DNA of 57,843 bases, filler included, from Stramenopiles sp. TOSAG23-2 (lineage: Eukaryota): the NCBI GenBank assembly GCA_900128395.1. It is 4 parts of 4 records of this genome, joined end to end, with 100 filler letters (N's around TTAATTAATTAA, not from the genome) between each part and the next. Parts side by side here need not be neighbours in the genome. Positions count along the whole stretch, not along the records: positions 43,475 to 57,843 come from LT649762.1; 3 more parts are not named here. One strand, given 5' to 3'. Shown in pieces: positions 56,066 to 57,843 of this stretch. The notes beneath the pieces are model-generated. The model had not been told where the DNA came from and did not search any database. It saw only the letters and a list, made by a program, of their open reading frames with translations. Positions within the stretch are counted from its first letter, which is position 1, and every line of letters starts with the position of its first letter. The translations under genes were made by a program, and so were the position numbers.

Positions 56066-56719
56066 TTAAACTTGATGCACGCGTTTTTGTACTCTAAAAG
56101 CAACGTCATCGTCATCCTTCATGTATGCAACAAATTGCTCATGGTTCCTTCCACTGCTTCTATTTTTTGACATTTGTTTCAACAATAATTTCCGATTATT
56201 ATCCTTGACAGCTTCTTCATCGTCATCGCTGCTATTACTGCCATCATCACTGGAGGATGATTCTCCACTACTATTAAAAATTGCAGGCCTAGGACCTTTT
56301 TTTTTTCTGTCGATGCTTGTCACTGTCTCTTCATCGGCATCGGAATCAGAATCAGAAGTGTCATAACTGATGTCACTACTATCATCTGAATCTGAATAAT
56401 TTATCATAGGATTATCTTCCATATCCAATGAATAATTAATTTTTCTTTCACCTTCAATTGCTAAACCGATTGCAACAGATGAAGCAGCACCAGTTAAAAT
56501 TTCATATGAATCACGTCCACATCCAAATTTAATCAACCTTCTAAACTTTTTTGCTGTGAATTCAGAGAATGCACCACAAAATATGCAACTAACAGAGAAA
56601 GGAAGTATAATTAATGCATTTTCGATGACAATATAAAAGAGGCGATTCGTTTCAATACAAAGAGAAAACCATGGAAACATGGCCCCCACAGAACCATGAG
56701 TATCTAATAAATGATCCAA
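56066..56719 (-). CDS. Hypothetical protein with acidic Ser/Asp tail; 5' end doubtful
   Basis: 217-codon frame with a TTG start. The SDSDDSSD/SSSSDDGSNSSDDDEE tracts look like genuine coding sequence. Overlaps the next ORF head-to-head. Confidence 0.5.
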   Translation of the reverse strand: MDHLLDTHGSVGAMFPWFSLCIETNRLFYIVIENALIILPFSVSCIFCGAFSEFTAKKFRRLIKFGCGRDSYEILTGAASSVAIGLAIEGERKINYSLDMEDNPMINYSDSDDSSDISYDTSDSDSDADEETVTSIDRKKKGPRPAIFNSSGESSSSDDGSNSSDDDEEAVKDNNRKLLLKQMSKNRSSGRNHEQFVAYMKDDDDVAFRVQKRVHQV

Positions 56720-57579
56720 ACGACTGGACTAATCGCTCAAGTCTACAAAGTAATTTGTACGAATCAAGGATGTTTAAATATTGGTGTGTTCGTAAAATCC
56801 GAACATCGATTGGCATTGCTGCTTTATCCATGCTTGATGCATACATAGATATATTTTCAACAGCAAAAGAAAGTATGAGCGCAAGGAAACATGAGGTTAT
56901 GGTTTGTAAATTGTCGTGGCAATTAAAACTAGACCAATTTAAAAAATTGAACGACCAAATGAAAAAAGATTATGGTCTATCAACATTAGCACCAGGTCTT
57001 CATCGTGAAGAATTGTACCAAGAGATGGAAATTGCTCGAAAAGAAAGTGAAGAAGCAAGAAGTGCCCATCAACTTGCATCTTGCCACTTGGAAGATTCAA
57101 AAGCTACATTAAAAGCTATACTCCAACATTTAAATTGGTTTCGCATATTAGTTGGTAGATGGTTGAGGGGTAGTGTTTATTTATTATCATTAGATAATTT
57201 AGAAACAAGACATTTTGTAACTACCATAGCAATGCGTGGAAAATATGACTTACCATATTATCCTGGAATGGAAGATTTGATTGATAATCTCCATATAGAT
57301 TTAAGTATTGGAAAACCAGTACGAGAAGTGGCAATTAAATTAGCTTCCATTTTGGATACAAACGATGATTATCTTAATACAATGCTTCAACATGATGATA
57401 TAGAAGTTATAAATAGTGCTGCAATATCTATACAAAAAATTGTGCGAGGATGGAACATTCGTAAAATTACAAGTCTAGAACGATATAGAGAATGGGGAGA
57501 ATTTAGTTCAATTGCTAGTTCAAGTGCATTTACACCAAGAAGTGAGGTAATATTTATTGGAACACCAACAAAGAGGTGA
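56671..57579 (+). CDS. Hypothetical protein with one IQ motif
   Basis: 302 aa, helical, with SAAISIQKIVRGWNIRK near the C-terminus. Confidence 0.7.
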   Translation: METWPPQNHEYLINDPNDWTNRSSLQSNLYESRMFKYWCVRKIRTSIGIAALSMLDAYIDIFSTAKESMSARKHEVMVCKLSWQLKLDQFKKLNDQMKKDYGLSTLAPGLHREELYQEMEIARKESEEARSAHQLASCHLEDSKATLKAILQHLNWFRILVGRWLRGSVYLLSLDNLETRHFVTTIAMRGKYDLPYYPGMEDLIDNLHIDLSIGKPVREVAIKLASILDTNDDYLNTMLQHDDIEVINSAAISIQKIVRGWNIRKITSLERYREWGEFSSIASSSAFTPRSEVIFIGTPTKR

Positions 57580-57843
57580 AAAAAAGGTTAATAAAATTCG
57601 TAATTTTTTATATATTTTTAGTAAATTACGAGACTTAGAGAGTGTTCGGTATATACAAGAACACCCAGTCCCCCCCCCCCCCCCCCCCTCTCGCTATGTA
57701 TAATATTATATACTTCGTACTATATAATATATAAGTAAGAGAACATTATACGAAGTTCAGTATATATATTATGCGTTAATTGCATCTATTTACCTCCACC
57801 AATATTTTTGTATCTTAAAAATATTGGCACACTCTGTGGATTT

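Noticed and set aside
57670..57688. Poly-C run, and the poly-A plus AAAACC run at about 53709-53749, as telomere or retro-element signatures
   Set aside because: Too short and isolated, with no regular telomeric array, TSD or RT sequence nearby.

Overview
Eukaryotic, AT-rich, gene-dense and nearly intron-free nuclear DNA from a protist. The Asn-rich low-complexity proteins and gene content suggest a flagellated heterotroph, possibly a stramenopile, but this is inference only. The window is not one locus. It is four contigs (1-14417, 14518-28900, 29001-43374, 43475-57843; 14417, 14383, 14374 and 14369 bp, i.e. descending length) joined by artificial 44N-TTAATTAATTAA-44N spacers, so gene order across spacers is meaningless. 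Recognisable genes are RPL7A, Misato/MSTO1, a kinesin-6-like motor, a cyclin, a BAH-PHD protein, a >4000-aa HERC-like RCC1/LamG/SPRY/UBA/FN3 protein, an RBR-type E3 fragment, two ankyrin fragments, an ICME-like esterase, a flavin-reductase-like protein, a TPR+cNMP-binding protein, IQ proteins, a GT31-like glycosyltransferase and two secreted proteins (LamG; PSI-GS-coiled coil). The most notable observations are: (1) the giant HERC-like protein ends in a HECT remnant that lacks both the E2-binding subdomain and the catalytic C-lobe; (2) a 540-bp nested foldback and a 180-bp TA-flanked MITE-like element; (3) a 30-bp minisatellite with 90-bp higher-order structure in the divergent RPL7A promoter; (4) an AT-rich repeat and a TACGAAGTA 9-mer that recur at gene 3' ends on independent contigs; (5) a BAH-PHD reader whose aromatic cages look degenerate. 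I saw no rRNA, tRNA, CRISPR array or transposase, and I cannot establish a wholly new multi-gene system from this sequence alone.
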